A stretch of 64,000 nucleotides of DNA from Candidatus Xenobia bacterium (GCA_045863235.1 BTUM01000002.1:189941-253940); one strand, 5' to 3'. Shown: positions 54,401 to 64,000, numbered from the stretch's first letter. Made by a program: numbers and translations. Notes: generated by a model not told the origin, from the sequence alone.

Positions 54401-56024
54401 AACGCCAATCCCGGTCGAGGGCAAAAAAGGCGTCCGAGATGCTGTCGAGAGTGCGCGCCAACCGGTTCTCGACCTCCAGCCGCCGAAGTTCGGCCTCGCG
54501 CAGCTTGGTGATGTCCTGGAAGGCGCCCTGCACTTGCACGACCGTCCCCTGCCCGTCCCGCACCGCCTCCCCCAGAGCCCGGACGAAGATCCGTCGGCCT
54601 GTACGGGTCACCATCTCGAGTTCCAGGTCAAAGGGCCGCCCTTCCTCGATGCAGCTCCCAAACGCCTCCTCGAGGCGGGCCAGTTCGTGAGGCGGGTAGT
54701 AGCTCATGGCTTCTTCGAAGGTAGGCGCATAGCCCCGGGGTTGCTCGTGGATGTCGCACACCTCGTCCGACCATGTGAGGCGAGACTGCGGAAGATCCAC
54801 GCTCCAGGCTCCCATACGAATCATGGAGCTGGCCATACGCTGCAGAGCCTGGCTTCTTCGCAACTCCTCCTCGGCTTTCTTCTGCAAAGTAATGTCCTCA
54901 GTGACGCCGACGAGCGAAAGGGGGGCCCCTCGTGCGTCGCGCAGAGCCGAGACGCTGGCTCGCGCCCAGACCACGCGTCCATCCCTTGCGAGGTAGCGCT
55001 TCTCCGTCACATAGCTGCTTCGCTTCCCCTCGGTCAGCTCGCCAATCAAGGCCGTGGTAGCGACGCGATCATCAGGGTGGGTCAGGCTCGCGACGTCCAG
55101 GGCAAGCAGCTCTTGCTCGCTGTAGCCGAGCATGGCGCAATAGGCTGCGTTGGCCAGAATGAAGCGCCCTTCCAAGTTGACCACGTTCATCCCGATGGCA
55201 GCATCACGAAAGGCAGCATAGGCGCGGGTGTGAAGCTGTCCGGCTTGGGCCTCGACGACTTTGCGCTCGGTAATGTCCATGATGACACCCGCCCGGCGCC
55301 AGGGACGGCCGTCAAACCCTAGCTCGACCTGGCCCCGTTCGAGCATCCAGCGCACCTCACCATCGGCCCGCCGAATGCGATACTCGTGCTCGATCCGCCC
55401 GCCGGTGGCGTCAGCGATCTCCAGGTTGCGCGCCAGGCAGGGCCCGTCGTCGGGAAGGACCATCTGGCGGAAGGCCTCGTAATCGCCCGGAAAGTCCCCC
55501 GGGCGCAGGCCGAAGAGCGCACAGGTCTCGGCGGACCAGCGCAGCTCTCCGGTCTGGAGATCCATCTCCCAGCAGCCCAACCCCCCAAGCCGCTGGGCTT
55601 CGGAGAGAAGCTCGTTCTGCTCGCGGAGCTTGCGCTCTGCCTGCAACTCGGCAATAGCGTACTCGGTCACGTCCAGGTGACTGACCAGGGCCCCCCGATT
55701 TCCAACAGGCCTCACGGTCACGCGGTACCAGCGGTCCTCCTCGGGGGAATGGCAGGTGTAGCGCAGGCACAGCTCGGAGCGCTCGCCGGCCAGGATGGCC
55801 CCGATGCCGGCGGCCACCTCAAGGGCTTCCGGGCTACCCTTGCAGGCCTCGAGGTAGCTCTGTCCCAAGCAGTGCTCAGGGTCGCGCAAGCCGTTGGCGG
55901 CGCCAAAACGGCGCCAGGCCGCGTTGACCGCCACAATCACGGCCTGCGAGTCGAGCAGGGCCGCGCTGGCCGGCATGGCGTCAAGGAGCGTACCTGGCTC
56001 CAGGGGTGGCTCACGGAGTGACAT
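51492..56024 (-). CDS. Cytoplasmic multi-PAS hybrid kinase with two receiver domains
   Basis: About eight PAS/PAC units; [15 protein letters not shown]; two receivers; start revised to the ATG at 56024. Confidence 0.9.
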   Translation of the reverse strand: MSLREPPLEPGTLLDAMPASAALLDSQAVIVAVNAAWRRFGAANGLRDPEHCLGQSYLEACKGSPEALEVAAGIGAILAGERSELCLRYTCHSPEEDRWYRVTVRPVGNRGALVSHLDVTEYAIAELQAERKLREQNELLSEAQRLGGLGCWEMDLQTGELRWSAETCALFGLRPGDFPGDYEAFRQMVLPDDGPCLARNLEIADATGGRIEHEYRIRRADGEVRWMLERGQVELGFDGRPWRRAGVIMDITERKVVEAQAGQLHTRAYAAFRDAAIGMNVVNLEGRFILANAAYCAMLGYSEQELLALDVASLTHPDDRVATTALIGELTEGKRSSYVTEKRYLARDGRVVWARASVSALRDARGAPLSLVGVTEDITLQKKAEEELRRSQALQRMASSMIRMGAWSVDLPQSRLTWSDEVCDIHEQPRGYAPTFEEAMSYYPPHELARLEEAFGSCIEEGRPFDLELEMVTRTGRRIFVRALGEAVRDGQGTVVQVQGAFQDITKLREAELRRLEVENRLARTLDSISDAFFALDRDWRFQYLNREAERLLLRSRQELLGRNLWDEFPEAVGSAFEQAYRKAVQQGVMVELEEFFPPLQTWFSVRAYPSEDGLAVYFSDVNEKREGHRRLEESERRFRELSEHIRDVFFVLNPEDQRFTFVSSAYERVWGRTCQSLYEDPFSFLEAVLEPDRPLAEATLTQAFQGRAFELEFRVLRPDGEVRWVLASSYPVQDTQGSIERIVGTVRDITERKTFELSLQASEERFRLLSRATNDAIYDWDLETQRLWWNEGFESLFGYRREEVEPTVESWTSRIHPEDREAVVDSIHAAMEGGESWSGEYRFRRQDGSYAYILDRGHIIRTSRGEPVRMVGGMTDLSERKETELRLREQAALIDQASDAIIVRSLDNRVLFWNRRAEEMYGWTAAEVTGRPVAELLYSDPTPLENATALLLEQGLWSGELEQRARDGSKLTVLARWTVLKSSSGEPLSILAINADITEKRRIEQQFLRAQRLESIGTLASGIAHDLNNILSPILMAIAMLKEQAQGADALALVETLHSSAQRGADLVRQIVGIARGTDGHRDLVDLRRVLEDVCHIARDAFPRNIELEHRAVSDLWPVRADATQLHQVLMNLYLNARDAMPDGGRLSATLENMELDEAFLAGHPEARPGLYVVFSLEDTGTGMAAETLEKLFEPFFTTKDLGQGTGLGLPTSLSIVKNHGGFIHVYSELGRGSCFRVYLPADTSGDELPPPGSPALLPQGTGELILLVDDEENLRRVASKALEGSGYRVLQAANGAEGLELFERHRREVALVVSDMSMPVMDGPAMIARLLAQDPDLPVIGSSGLSHNDLVVRAREAGVVHFVPKPFTIDVLLRKLREVLDGRSSGGGSRVLFVEDEVGLSRLAERILAADGHRVLVAGDGEEALRVLEQQHGNVDLIITDLRMPRMDGIALCQEVERLYPGKLFVFATGEAELPPMLAQRLGSRLSLLLKPYLPEALQVAARRALGQ

Positions 56025-56096
56025 AGGCTCCCTCTCCCGATTCGCAGATCGCGAGTGGTCTTCCTTGGACACTCGCGCTGAGGCTGCCGAGCGCAC

Positions 56097-57779
56097 TTAC
56101 TCCACCCGCGCCAGAGCCCCCGGCCGGGCCCCGACCGAGATCAACGTGCGCAGGGTGCGCGACGAGGCGCTCACCACCGCCAGCTGCCTTTGCTCCGGCA
56201 GCGATACCCAGAGTTCTCCTGCACTCGCAACGAATGCCGCATCCTGCACATCGCCTGGCAGTGCAAGTTGCCCCAGCAGCCTCCCGTGCCGCCCGTCCCA
56301 CACCATCAGCCGGCCACCGGCGTGCCACGACCACAGCTGATCCGTCCCCGGTCGCGCCACCAGGCCCAGCACTGGCGGGCACTTGACCTGCTGCACCAGC
56401 TCCCGGTCCTGGTAAAACCGAAGCCCTCGCTCATCCGAAACCGCCAGGCGCGAGCCTGCCACCGCCACCGGCCCGGGCCGCTCCACCGGCAGCGGCTCCT
56501 GCACCTGCAGCGGTCGGCGCCCGAGCACGGCCACCTGACTGCTTTCAGGGCATGATACGTAGATGCGCTCGTGGTCGGCCGCCGCCCAGCGGGCTCCGCG
56601 ACCGACTACTAGCTGCACCGTCCGGCGCCCATCCAGGACGACGATCCGTCCGGACGACGGCAATCCCGCCAGCAGCACCCCTCCACCAAGCTCGCTCAAA
56701 GCATCCGGGCCTCGTCCCACAGCCTGGCGCAAAGGGCGGTGCTGACGCCCCTCTACTCCCCATAAAAGGTCGCTGGCCGGGCTCGCCCCCCAGACCGTCT
56801 GTCCGAAGACCCCCAGCGCCGTTAGAGGAACCGGAGCGCGCAGCCTCGTGAAGACCCGCTGGTTGGAAACCGTTACTCCCACCAACTCTGACCCGCAGGC
56901 CACGTAGACGCACTCTTGCGCCGGGCGGGCCAGCCGCGGCTGCCAGGGAGCCGCCCACCACAACAGGCCCAGCACGAGTGCCGCGACCGGCTGCCACAGT
57001 CTCAGCTGCAGAGGGGGGAGACGTTTGGGTCGGGGTGGCTCCGGTCGCCGCAGCTCAGCCAGTAGCTGACGAAAAGTGCGACTGCGGCTCTGGCGACAGG
57101 TTCTCAGCAGCCGTGCCAGGCGCGGGTTCAGGCGGGGCGTCAGATCGTGCTGGGTCAGCATCAGCCACAACAAGTTGGCGAAGGCCCGACGGTCGGAGGC
57201 GACTTCCTGGCGCGAGGGCGCCAGTATGTCTGTCGCGTAGCCGCTGAACAGGCGGCGAACGCCGTAGTTCACCAGCTTCAGGTTGTTGTGGCGGTCCACC
57301 ACCACGTGGTCGAGCTCCAGAGTGTCGCCCAGGAGGTAGGGCCGCGGGCGGTCGTGCAGCTGCTCCACTGCCTCGAGCAGTTGCTCGGCCCAGTGGAATG
57401 CCTCGGCCGGGATGCTGGCGGCCGGGGTCAGCACCAGCGCCTGGCGCAGCGGAACCCCCTCCAACAGCTCCTCCACCACGTAGAGCTTGCGACCCTCGCG
57501 AAAGTGCTCGTAAACCCGCGCCAGCCGGGGGTGGCGAAACTGCTCGATCAGTGTCAACACGCTCTCAGCCAGGCTGTGCCGAGCTTCCATCTCAACCGGG
57601 CTCATCCGGTCGGGCGGGATCAGCTCGCGGACGATTCGATGAGCGCTGCCGTCGGCCGTGCGCACCTGGTAGAGCCCCCCGAGCAGCCTCCATTGCAGGA
57701 CGCGGGTCACGACATAGCGCCCCCCCGCCAGCGGTGTGCCGGGATGGAGAGCCCGCTCGAGCGTGATCACTGCAGACAT
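56097..57779 (-). CDS. Degenerate Ser/Thr kinase-like domain, TM helix and YVTN-like beta-propeller
   Basis: Kinase scaffold (GRYVV, IVREL, HPRLARVYEHF, YVVEELLEG) with catalytic motifs lost; propeller motifs AVGRGPDAL, IYVSCPESSQVAVL, ISVGARPGAL. Confidence 0.7.
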   Translation of the reverse strand: MSAVITLERALHPGTPLAGGRYVVTRVLQWRLLGGLYQVRTADGSAHRIVRELIPPDRMSPVEMEARHSLAESVLTLIEQFRHPRLARVYEHFREGRKLYVVEELLEGVPLRQALVLTPAASIPAEAFHWAEQLLEAVEQLHDRPRPYLLGDTLELDHVVVDRHNNLKLVNYGVRRLFSGYATDILAPSRQEVASDRRAFANLLWLMLTQHDLTPRLNPRLARLLRTCRQSRSRTFRQLLAELRRPEPPRPKRLPPLQLRLWQPVAALVLGLLWWAAPWQPRLARPAQECVYVACGSELVGVTVSNQRVFTRLRAPVPLTALGVFGQTVWGASPASDLLWGVEGRQHRPLRQAVGRGPDALSELGGGVLLAGLPSSGRIVVLDGRRTVQLVVGRGARWAAADHERIYVSCPESSQVAVLGRRPLQVQEPLPVERPGPVAVAGSRLAVSDERGLRFYQDRELVQQVKCPPVLGLVARPGTDQLWSWHAGGRLMVWDGRHGRLLGQLALPGDVQDAAFVASAGELWVSLPEQRQLAVVSASSRTLRTLISVGARPGALARVE

Positions 57780-59419
57780 TGCCAGAGTCCTTTCCGGCTC
57801 ACGACCGGAGTAAACGGAGGGGGGGTCGTCTCCAGCAGCGGGTCGTGAGCGTAGTCACGCGTGGGAGCGCCATAGTGGGTCTTGACCACCCAGCGAACTC
57901 CGCTTCCGGAGTTGTCGAACCTTGCCATGGACGCGTTCTGAAGGTGCACCACCGTACCCCGCTTGCGCACCGTCACCGAGCCCAAGCCCTCCAGGAAGTC
58001 GTCGGAGTTCTGCCAGGCGTTCTGGCCCGAGCGATGCACCGGGTCGTAGAACGGATTCTGTATCCCCCGGTACTCCCGCCGAAAGTTGCGCTCATCCACG
58101 GTCAGGGTGCCATCCACCAGGGCAGCGTTGATTTCGAGCACGTTGCTCGGGTCGCCGTTGAAGCGGGAGGGCTCGCTTGCGGCCGGGATCAAACCGGAGG
58201 AGGAGCTCGAGTCTTTGAAGCCGCTGCTCAGGTGGTAGATGCGTCCGCCTGAGATGAGCGCGGCAGGCTGTTTGCGCGAGGTTTTGTTCGTGGCGTCGGC
58301 CGGGGTCGGGTGAATCTGGTTGAAATCGCCCTGCACGTACAGGTTCTGATTGCAGACCACCGTCAGGGGGGCGGCCAACTGGTGGGCCTTGACCAGTCGC
58401 AGGGGCACGTCGCTGTAGATGAGCCCGTTGGAGGGGTACTGCCCGGCCACGGCCAGAGCTTCCAGGCTCAGCTCCTTCACTGTCACCTGGCTGCCCTCGG
58501 CCTGGTTGGTAAATGTCTTCGTGCTCAGAAAACTGCTGTTGGGCGTGGTGCTCGAGATTCTCAGTCCGGCCCGCTGGTCGTAGTAGCCCCCCGGCGTGAG
58601 CGACTGGACCGAGGGAGGGGTGCGCACCCCGACCCCGTGGCTCGAGTCCTTCACCACCCCTCCCCACCGGCCGGGCGCATGGGCGACCCAGTCCCGGTGG
58701 TAGGCGTCAAAGGCCGTGCCCTCCCTGCCGCCCCCCATGACGACCAGGCTGCCCGAGGAGCTTCCCTGGCTGATCTCCACCGTGCCCCCGTCGTCGGGGC
58801 GGTTCCAGGCGTCCTTGTGGCGGATGATCTGGCCGGCGCAGGTCACCGCGTCCGAGCGGATGGTCAAGCGCCTGCCGGTGGGACGCATGTACAGGTTGCC
58901 GTTCGCATGGACCCGTCCGGTGACCACCTGGTCAGCGCCCCGCACGAACTCCGAAAGGTCCTGATTGTCGAACACGGCGTAGCTGAGCATCCCCTCGAGC
59001 GAGCCGTGCTGACGCTGACGCGAGACGGCCCTCCCCTCCCCGCCGGCCGCCTCGATGACCCAGCGATTGGCTGCCGGGAAACAGACGGCGAACTCCAGCC
59101 AGCGATCTCCCTCCTGCCAGCGGTAGGTGCCGCCGGCCTGGTAGCTCAGCCCCGGATAGGTCGCCTGCAGACGCTCCGGGCCGTTCACTGGCGTGAGACC
59201 GTCGGCCCGGCGCGTGGCGGCGGAGAAGTTGGAGGCCGCCAGCGCCTGGTGACCCAGGTTGAGGGCCGACTGGGCCAGGTAAAAAGCCTGCAGTTGTTGC
59301 TGGCGGTGGCGCACGTAGCCGGCCTCGCTCAGACACATGATCACCAGTGTGGCGATCAAGAGCATGGCTGCCGGAATCGCCAGCAGCACCATCGCCAGGG
59401 CAAATCCACGCTTCGTCAT
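57767..59419 (-). CDS. Large PilX-like minor pilin
   Basis: Prepilin-like KRG|FALAM lacking Glu5; QAFYLAQSAL; GRVHANGNL. Confidence 0.75.
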   Translation of the reverse strand: MTKRGFALAMVLLAIPAAMLLIATLVIMCLSEAGYVRHRQQQLQAFYLAQSALNLGHQALAASNFSAATRRADGLTPVNGPERLQATYPGLSYQAGGTYRWQEGDRWLEFAVCFPAANRWVIEAAGGEGRAVSRQRQHGSLEGMLSYAVFDNQDLSEFVRGADQVVTGRVHANGNLYMRPTGRRLTIRSDAVTCAGQIIRHKDAWNRPDDGGTVEISQGSSSGSLVVMGGGREGTAFDAYHRDWVAHAPGRWGGVVKDSSHGVGVRTPPSVQSLTPGGYYDQRAGLRISSTTPNSSFLSTKTFTNQAEGSQVTVKELSLEALAVAGQYPSNGLIYSDVPLRLVKAHQLAAPLTVVCNQNLYVQGDFNQIHPTPADATNKTSRKQPAALISGGRIYHLSSGFKDSSSSSGLIPAASEPSRFNGDPSNVLEINAALVDGTLTVDERNFRREYRGIQNPFYDPVHRSGQNAWQNSDDFLEGLGSVTVRKRGTVVHLQNASMARFDNSGSGVRWVVKTHYGAPTRDYAHDPLLETTPPPFTPVVSRKGLWQCLQ

Positions 59420-60027
59420 TGGCTATTCCTCAAGGTCAGATGGAGGCTGTTCTGTTGCAGGTGACTCAATCCGTCGATCGGGCGCTTCTCGCTCCACATC
59501 TCCAGGGTCAGACTGTCGCTCAGCAGACCCACCGTTACCGTGAAGTTGTCGGGTGGCACGGAACAGTCGTAAACCCTGAGGGTGCCCCCCGTCACCAGAG
59601 CCGGATTCGGGCTGACGGTAACCAGGCCGGCTCGCCGGTAGAGCACCACCTGGCGAGCCAGGGGGTTCTGAGGGTCAGGGTTAGGGTCGGGTCGCGTGGA
59701 CAGCCCGTAGACCGTCCAGCGAGTTGGCGGGTCGTCCTCGGGGCTGGCGAAGATCACGGAGTCGCCGCTCTGCCCGGGGGCGGGAACCTGGTAGCTCTGG
59801 CCGTCCATCGTGCCGGTGAAGCCCGAGAAGATTCGCCCGCCCGAGCGTACTTCGCGGGCCAGCTCGGCCAGAAGCTTGCGGGCTTCCTGGCGCGCCTCCA
59901 AGCGTGCCGTGCGGCCGTAGAAGCTGCCTCGCACCATCCAGGTGGCCGAGCTCACGATGCCGAGTACCAGCACCATCAGGGCGCCCGAGGCCAGCACTTC
60001 GATCAGGGTATTGCCTCGACGCTTCAT
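59416..60027 (-). CDS. PilW/GspJ-like minor pilin
   Basis: MKRRG|NTLIEVL class III signal with Glu5; LAREVRSG. Confidence 0.78.
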   Translation of the reverse strand: MKRRGNTLIEVLASGALMVLVLGIVSSATWMVRGSFYGRTARLEARQEARKLLAELAREVRSGGRIFSGFTGTMDGQSYQVPAPGQSGDSVIFASPEDDPPTRWTVYGLSTRPDPNPDPQNPLARQVVLYRRAGLVTVSPNPALVTGGTLRVYDCSVPPDNFTVTVGLLSDSLTLEMWSEKRPIDGLSHLQQNSLHLTLRNSQ

Positions 60028-60425
60028 GGTGCGGTCACCACCAACCACAGGCTGGTCAGAGGGCGGCCCTGCGCCACTGGCTCGTTGGCCTCGGGGGCGG
60101 CCGAGAAGACGCTGACTGTCACCGTCTTCTGAACCGAGCCGTGGCTCTCGACCGTGCGGCGCACCACGTAAAGGCGGTCGTCGGTAACAAACCGGTCGCC
60201 CAGGGTGTCGAGCGCCTGATAGGAGTCGCCGAGGCGGGCCAGGCGCTGCACTTCCTCCAGCTCCGAAGTGGCCAGTTCAAGCGCCCGCGAAGTCTCTTCC
60301 TCGCGACGGTCGAGCTGGCCTACGGGAATCAAAACCTGAAGGACCGCCAGGGAGAACATGAGAGCCAGGGTGCTGGCCAGCAGCACTTCGATCAGCGACG
60401 TTCCCCGACGACTCTTCATGCTCAT
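60024..60425 (-). CDS. PilV/GspI-like minor pilin
   Basis: SRRG|TSLIEVL class III signal; ALELATSELEE; KTVTVSV. Confidence 0.78.
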   Translation of the reverse strand: MSMKSRRGTSLIEVLLASTLALMFSLAVLQVLIPVGQLDRREEETSRALELATSELEEVQRLARLGDSYQALDTLGDRFVTDDRLYVVRRTVESHGSVQKTVTVSVFSAAPEANEPVAQGRPLTSLWLVVTAP

Positions 60426-60435
60426 TGCATGAGAT

Positions 60436-60462
60436 AAATCGGCAGGGCCGGGTCGGAGTTAA
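60436..60462 (-). promoter_or_regulatory. Sigma-28 (FliA/SigD)-like promoter of the pilin operon
   Basis: TTAA-N15-GCCGATTT versus consensus TAAA-N15-GCCGATAA, 10 nt before the ATG. Confidence 0.5.
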
Positions 60463-60466
60463 GGGG

Positions 60467-61090
60467 TCAGTCGCTGATCAGTTTCTGCTCGCGGGCCCGC
60501 TGCAGTGCTTCAAGGATATTTCGACTCTCAAGCTTACGCAGAATGCTCCCGCGGTGTTTCTCCACCGTCTTGGGGCTCAGGTAAAGCGCTTCGGCAATCT
60601 CGCGCACAGTGGCTCCTCGGGCCGTCCGAGCCAGAATCTCCAGCTCGCGCGCCGAGAGCGGGCAGTCGCCGACCACACCCACTGTGGTAGCCAGGGCGGC
60701 CGAGCACTCGGGGCAGAAGTAGAACTGGCCGGCGGCCACCGCTCGGATGGCTCTCGCAAACTCGTCCAGGGCGCTTCTCTTGCTCAGGAAGCCGGTGACC
60801 CCGTGGCGGAGCAAGTGCTGCATCACGACCGACTCGATCTGCTGCGACACGATGAGAATCTTGATGCTCGGGCAGGTTCCCCGCAGCTTGAGAGCCACCT
60901 CCCGGCCCGACAGAGGGCCTGGCATCATCAAATCCAGCACCACGACGTCAGGACCCGCCGCCTCCAGCTTCTCAAGCTCGTCGCCCGAGCCAAGCTCGGC
61001 CACGATCTCGAGGTCCGGCTCCTGCGCCAACAGGGAGCGAAAGGCTCCCCGCACCAGGTCGTGGTCATCCACGAGCGCAATCCGGGTCAT
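60467..61090 (-). CDS. NarL/FixJ-family response regulator (REC plus LuxR HTH)
   Basis: VDDHDLVR, VLDLMMP, LSARELEIL...IAEALYLSPKTVEKHR; start revised to 61090. Confidence 0.92.
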   Translation of the reverse strand: MTRIALVDDHDLVRGAFRSLLAQEPDLEIVAELGSGDELEKLEAAGPDVVVLDLMMPGPLSGREVALKLRGTCPSIKILIVSQQIESVVMQHLLRHGVTGFLSKRSALDEFARAIRAVAAGQFYFCPECSAALATTVGVVGDCPLSARELEILARTARGATVREIAEALYLSPKTVEKHRGSILRKLESRNILEALQRAREQKLISD

Positions 61091-61115
61091 TTCCTGCTCC
61101 GCAGGGGGAGGGATT

Positions 61116-61135
61116 TCCCTACCCCAAGGTAGGGA
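61116..61135. promoter_or_regulatory. Inverted repeat, candidate operator of the NarL-family regulator
   Basis: TCCCTACC-CCAA-GGTAGGGA in the divergent intergenic region. Confidence 0.45.
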
Positions 61136-61224
61136 CGCCCGTGTCGGCAAGGGGGGACCTGCCTGATGCGGCTGGCCGGCCGTTCGGGTAAGCTGTGCTC
61201 AGACAGAAAAGAGGAGGAACGTGT

Positions 61225-61581
61225 ATGGCCACCATCGTCAATCTCGACCGCTCCGAGCTCCAGCGTCGCCGCCGCAGCCGAGCACTGCAACAGGCCGGCT
61301 ACCGGGTCCTGGAGGCGAGTCACGAGCTCCAGGCTGTGGACTTCGTCGTTTCTGGCCCCGTCGACATGATCGTCTGCGGAGCGGAGCAGTCCTTGCCTCT
61401 GCTGGGCGAGCTCCGGTGGGCGGCCCCATCGATTCCGCTGATCTGCATCAGCTCCCCGGGGAGGGTTGAGGCCGGGCTCGAGCAGGCTGCAATCGTGCTT
61501 GAAAATCCTGTGTCGACGGAAGAGCTGGTGGCCTGGGTGGACACCGAGCTCATGCTCCACCAGGCTGTCGCAAACCTGTAA
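61225..61581 (+). CDS. Atypical single-domain receiver (pseudo-receiver)
   Basis: GAGGAGG RBS; REC-like LQQAGYRVLEA, PSIPLICIS, LENPVS; Gly at the phosphoacceptor position (VDMIVCG). Confidence 0.65.
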   Translation: MATIVNLDRSELQRRRRSRALQQAGYRVLEASHELQAVDFVVSGPVDMIVCGAEQSLPLLGELRWAAPSIPLICISSPGRVEAGLEQAAIVLENPVSTEELVAWVDTELMLHQAVANL

Positions 61582-61693
61582 AAGACCCTTGCACGCTCGT
61601 TTTACGAGCGCACCCGCGGTCCCGAGAGCCCAAAGCCGTCCCCTCACCAGACCCTCAGGGTAACCCTTCCCTGTCAACGCGTGATCAATTCCT

Positions 61694-61709
61694 TGTGAAA
61701 ACACTCGCA
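61694..61709. promoter_or_regulatory. CRP-like box upstream of the recombinase-like gene
   Basis: TGTGA-AAACAC-TCGCA, 9 of 10 match to TGTGA-N6-TCACA. Confidence 0.4.
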
Positions 61710-61749
61710 GGGGTGGCGACTTCTCCCGGCGAATCAAGGCCGCACCGCT

Positions 61750-62517
61750 ATGGAGTTTCTCGCATTTCGTGTCGGTCTTGATCCTCTGGAAGGCCAGATT
61801 CGTGCTTATTTGTCCTTCTTGAGCCCGGGCTCGCGCCGGGTGGTCGAGCCACGCTTGCGTCTGACCCTCTGCGAGCTGGGTGTGACCCGGGTGGAGCAAC
61901 TGGGCTCCGAGTGGCTCACCGCTCCACGTCTGGCGGCCTGGCGCCACGGCCTGCTCGAGCGCTATCGACCCACCACCGCCAACCGCGTGCTGGCCGGACT
62001 GCGCTCCTTGCTCGCCAGGGCCGGGCACAAAACCACCCTTCTGCCGCGTTTTGCCGCTCCCCAACCCGCCCCCGCAGCCCCTTTGCGCCGAGAGCTCAGT
62101 CAACTCTTCGAGGCCTGTGCCCGCGATGGTTCTCGGGCCGGCTGCCGCGATGCCGCCCTGCTCGCGTGCCTGGCCGGCCTGGGCCTGCGCAGCAACCAGG
62201 CTCTCGAGCTGACTCCTTTGGACCTCGAAGCCCATCACGGCCGACCCGGTGCCCGCTTCCTCCTGCGCGCCTGGATGGCCGTACGGGGAGAATTGCCGGG
62301 CCCCCTGTTCGGACCCATCACCCGTGGAGGGCGCCTCGTGACCCTCATCGGGCCCACCCGGGTGGCCCCGATGACCAGCCAGGCCCTCTTTCTGGCCGTG
62401 AGAAAGAGGTGCCGCCAGGCCGAGGTGCGCGACTTCTCCCCTCAGAGGTTGGCGCCGGCCGCCCGTACTCGGGGCCCTTTGCCGATCAAGCTGAACCCCG
62501 CTTGGCAACCTCGGTGA
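61750..62517 (+). CDS. Degenerate tyrosine recombinase-like protein, catalytically incomplete
   Basis: PTTANRVLAGLRSLL; box I GCRDAALLACLAGLGLRS; WMAVRGELPGPLF; box II eroded to FSPQRL; no catalytic Tyr. Confidence 0.7.
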   Translation: MEFLAFRVGLDPLEGQIRAYLSFLSPGSRRVVEPRLRLTLCELGVTRVEQLGSEWLTAPRLAAWRHGLLERYRPTTANRVLAGLRSLLARAGHKTTLLPRFAAPQPAPAAPLRRELSQLFEACARDGSRAGCRDAALLACLAGLGLRSNQALELTPLDLEAHHGRPGARFLLRAWMAVRGELPGPLFGPITRGGRLVTLIGPTRVAPMTSQALFLAVRKRCRQAEVRDFSPQRLAPAARTRGPLPIKLNPAWQPR

Positions 62518-64000
62518 TCCTGCGAACCAAGCTCCGTCCCACCTTCGTCAGCCCCCATCTGGTGGCCCGTACCCGCTTGCTCGAGCGACTGGGTCGGGCC
62601 CGGTCGGCCCGGCTGGTGGTCGTGCATTCCGAGGCCGGGGCCGGCAAGAGCAGCCTCCTGTTCGACTTCATCCGCCAGAGCGGCCAGCCGTGCGCTTGGT
62701 ACAGCCTGGATGAAGAGGACGCCGCCCCGGCGGTCTTCGTGCCCTACCTGGTGCACGCTCTGGCGTCGGCCTACCCCGGCGCGGTGGCCCGCACCCTCGA
62801 GCGACTCGCCCGCAACCCCCAGCCCGAGGAGGGCTGGATGGCCCTGCTGGCCTTCCTGGTGGATGAGCTGGTGGATTTTCCCGATTGCCTGCGGCTCGTG
62901 CTCGACGACTACCACCTGGTGGACGGGTCGGCCGAAGTGCGCGACGCGGTGCAGTTTCTGCTGTTGCGCGGTCCGACCAGCCTGCAGCTCTTGCTGACGA
63001 CCCGAACGGTGCCCGACCTGCCCCTGGCTCGCCTGCGGGCCAAGCGCATGTTGCACGAGATCGGCACCGACGACCTGCGCTTCAGCGAGCCCGAAGCTGT
63101 CGAGCTCTTCCGGGAGATCGCCAGCCAGAGCCTCGACGCGAGCCTGCTCGGCCCCCTGCTCGAGAAAACCGAAGGGTGGGTCACGGGGCTGCAGCTGGTG
63201 GCCCAGGCCCTGGCCGGACGCCCCCCGGAGGAAGCGCGACGCTACATCCAGAGCCTGCATGATTGCGATACCCACGTTTACGACTACCTGGCCGACGAGG
63301 TGTTCGAGAGGCAAGAGCCTGCCGTTCAGGAACTTCTGCTCGCAACCTCGGTTGGTGAGCGCTTCTGTCTCGGACTTGCTCGCGAGCTGACCGGGGATCC
63401 CGAAGTCGCTGGGCAGCTAGAAACCCTGGTTCGCTCGCGCCTCTTTCTCATCAACCTTGGCGAAGGCTGGTATCGTTACCACCACCTCTTCGGCGACTTC
63501 CTGCGTCGCCGGCTCGAACGCCGTGCCTCACCAGAGCGGGTGCGTTCACTTCACCTGGTGGTCGCCCGCGCCATGGCCGCGCGCAACGAGCCAGCTGCTG
63601 CCATCCCGCACTTCTTGAAAGCCGAGAGCTACGAGCAGGCGGCCGACCTGCTGGAGTCTCCCGAACTGCTCACTTCGGGAGCGCCATGCCGTCTGGGGGA
63701 GTGGCTCTCACGGCTGCCCGCCCACTTGCGCGCGCGGCGACCGGCGTTGGATGTGGTGCAGGCCGAGCTTCTGGATCTGGAGGGGAACTGGGCCGAAGCG
63801 GTCGAGCTCTACCGCTCGGCCATCGAAGCCTACCGTCGGACTGGGGACGGCGAGGCCACGGTAGCCGCTCTGGAGAAGCTGAGCCTCTGCTATCTCAAGT
63901 ATGGCGACACCAAGAGCCTCGTGCAAACCTGCGAGGACGGGTTGGCCCTGTGCTGGTATGATGCCTACAGGCAGCCAGCAATGGCGCCCCTGCTAGGGAA
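62514..64000 (+). CDS. MalT-like STAND ATPase transcriptional regulator, partial, runs off the window
   Basis: Manual translation MILRTKLRP...RTRLLERL...EAGAGKSSL (Walker A), WYSLDEED, LVLDDYHLV (Walker B), TEGWVTGLQL, WYRYHHLF, then TPR-like helices. Confidence 0.9.
   Translation, partial: MILRTKLRPTFVSPHLVARTRLLERLGRARSARLVVVHSEAGAGKSSLLFDFIRQSGQPCAWYSLDEEDAAPAVFVPYLVHALASAYPGAVARTLERLARNPQPEEGWMALLAFLVDELVDFPDCLRLVLDDYHLVDGSAEVRDAVQFLLLRGPTSLQLLLTTRTVPDLPLARLRAKRMLHEIGTDDLRFSEPEAVELFREIASQSLDASLLGPLLEKTEGWVTGLQLVAQALAGRPPEEARRYIQSLHDCDTHVYDYLADEVFERQEPAVQELLLATSVGERFCLGLARELTGDPEVAGQLETLVRSRLFLINLGEGWYRYHHLFGDFLRRRLERRASPERVRSLHLVVARAMAARNEPAAAIPHFLKAESYEQAADLLESPELLTSGAPCRLGEWLSRLPAHLRARRPALDVVQAELLDLEGNWAEAVELYRSAIEAYRRTGDGEATVAALEKLSLCYLKYGDTKSLVQTCEDGLALCWYDAYRQPAMAPLLG

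Noticed and set aside
61750..62517. Integrase marking a prophage or integrative element
   Set aside because: Catalytic residues are missing, and I saw no att repeats, tRNA or phage/conjugation genes

Overview
This is a 64 kb stretch of a high-GC bacterial chromosome. The gene style suggests Ca. Eremiobacterota/Vulcanimicrobiota, but that is only an impression. I saw no rRNA, tRNA, CRISPR array or intact mobile element. From left to right it holds: the start of an alternative complex III/Qrc-type operon (pentaheme cytochrome c, split ActB); sucA-sucB-lpdA; a K+ channel, secreted IPT protein, stand-alone Cache sensor and pentameric ligand-gated channel cluster; an HD-GYP regulator and two divergent hybrid kinases; a DUF433/DUF5615 toxin-antitoxin pair; an eroding block (GH63 pseudogene, pfkA, pckA, cation/H+ exchanger remnant, frameshifted ThrE, SulP); two tandem DUF3300-DUF2950 pairs with an NlpI-like TPR protein; DUF2254; a CheB-CheR fusion coupled to a hybrid kinase; an esterase; gorA; a kinase-WD40 protein; two PAS kinases; a minor-pilin cassette ending in a pseudokinase-beta-propeller; a NarL regulator; and a catalytically dead tyrosine recombinase coupled to a MalT-like STAND regulator. 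The strongest hidden signal is four FNR-like boxes (ATGAT-N4-RTCAN), each exactly 22 bp from a -10-like hexamer (class II, -41.5 geometry, mostly leaderless). They link the 23-43 kb genes into a putative low-oxygen regulon.
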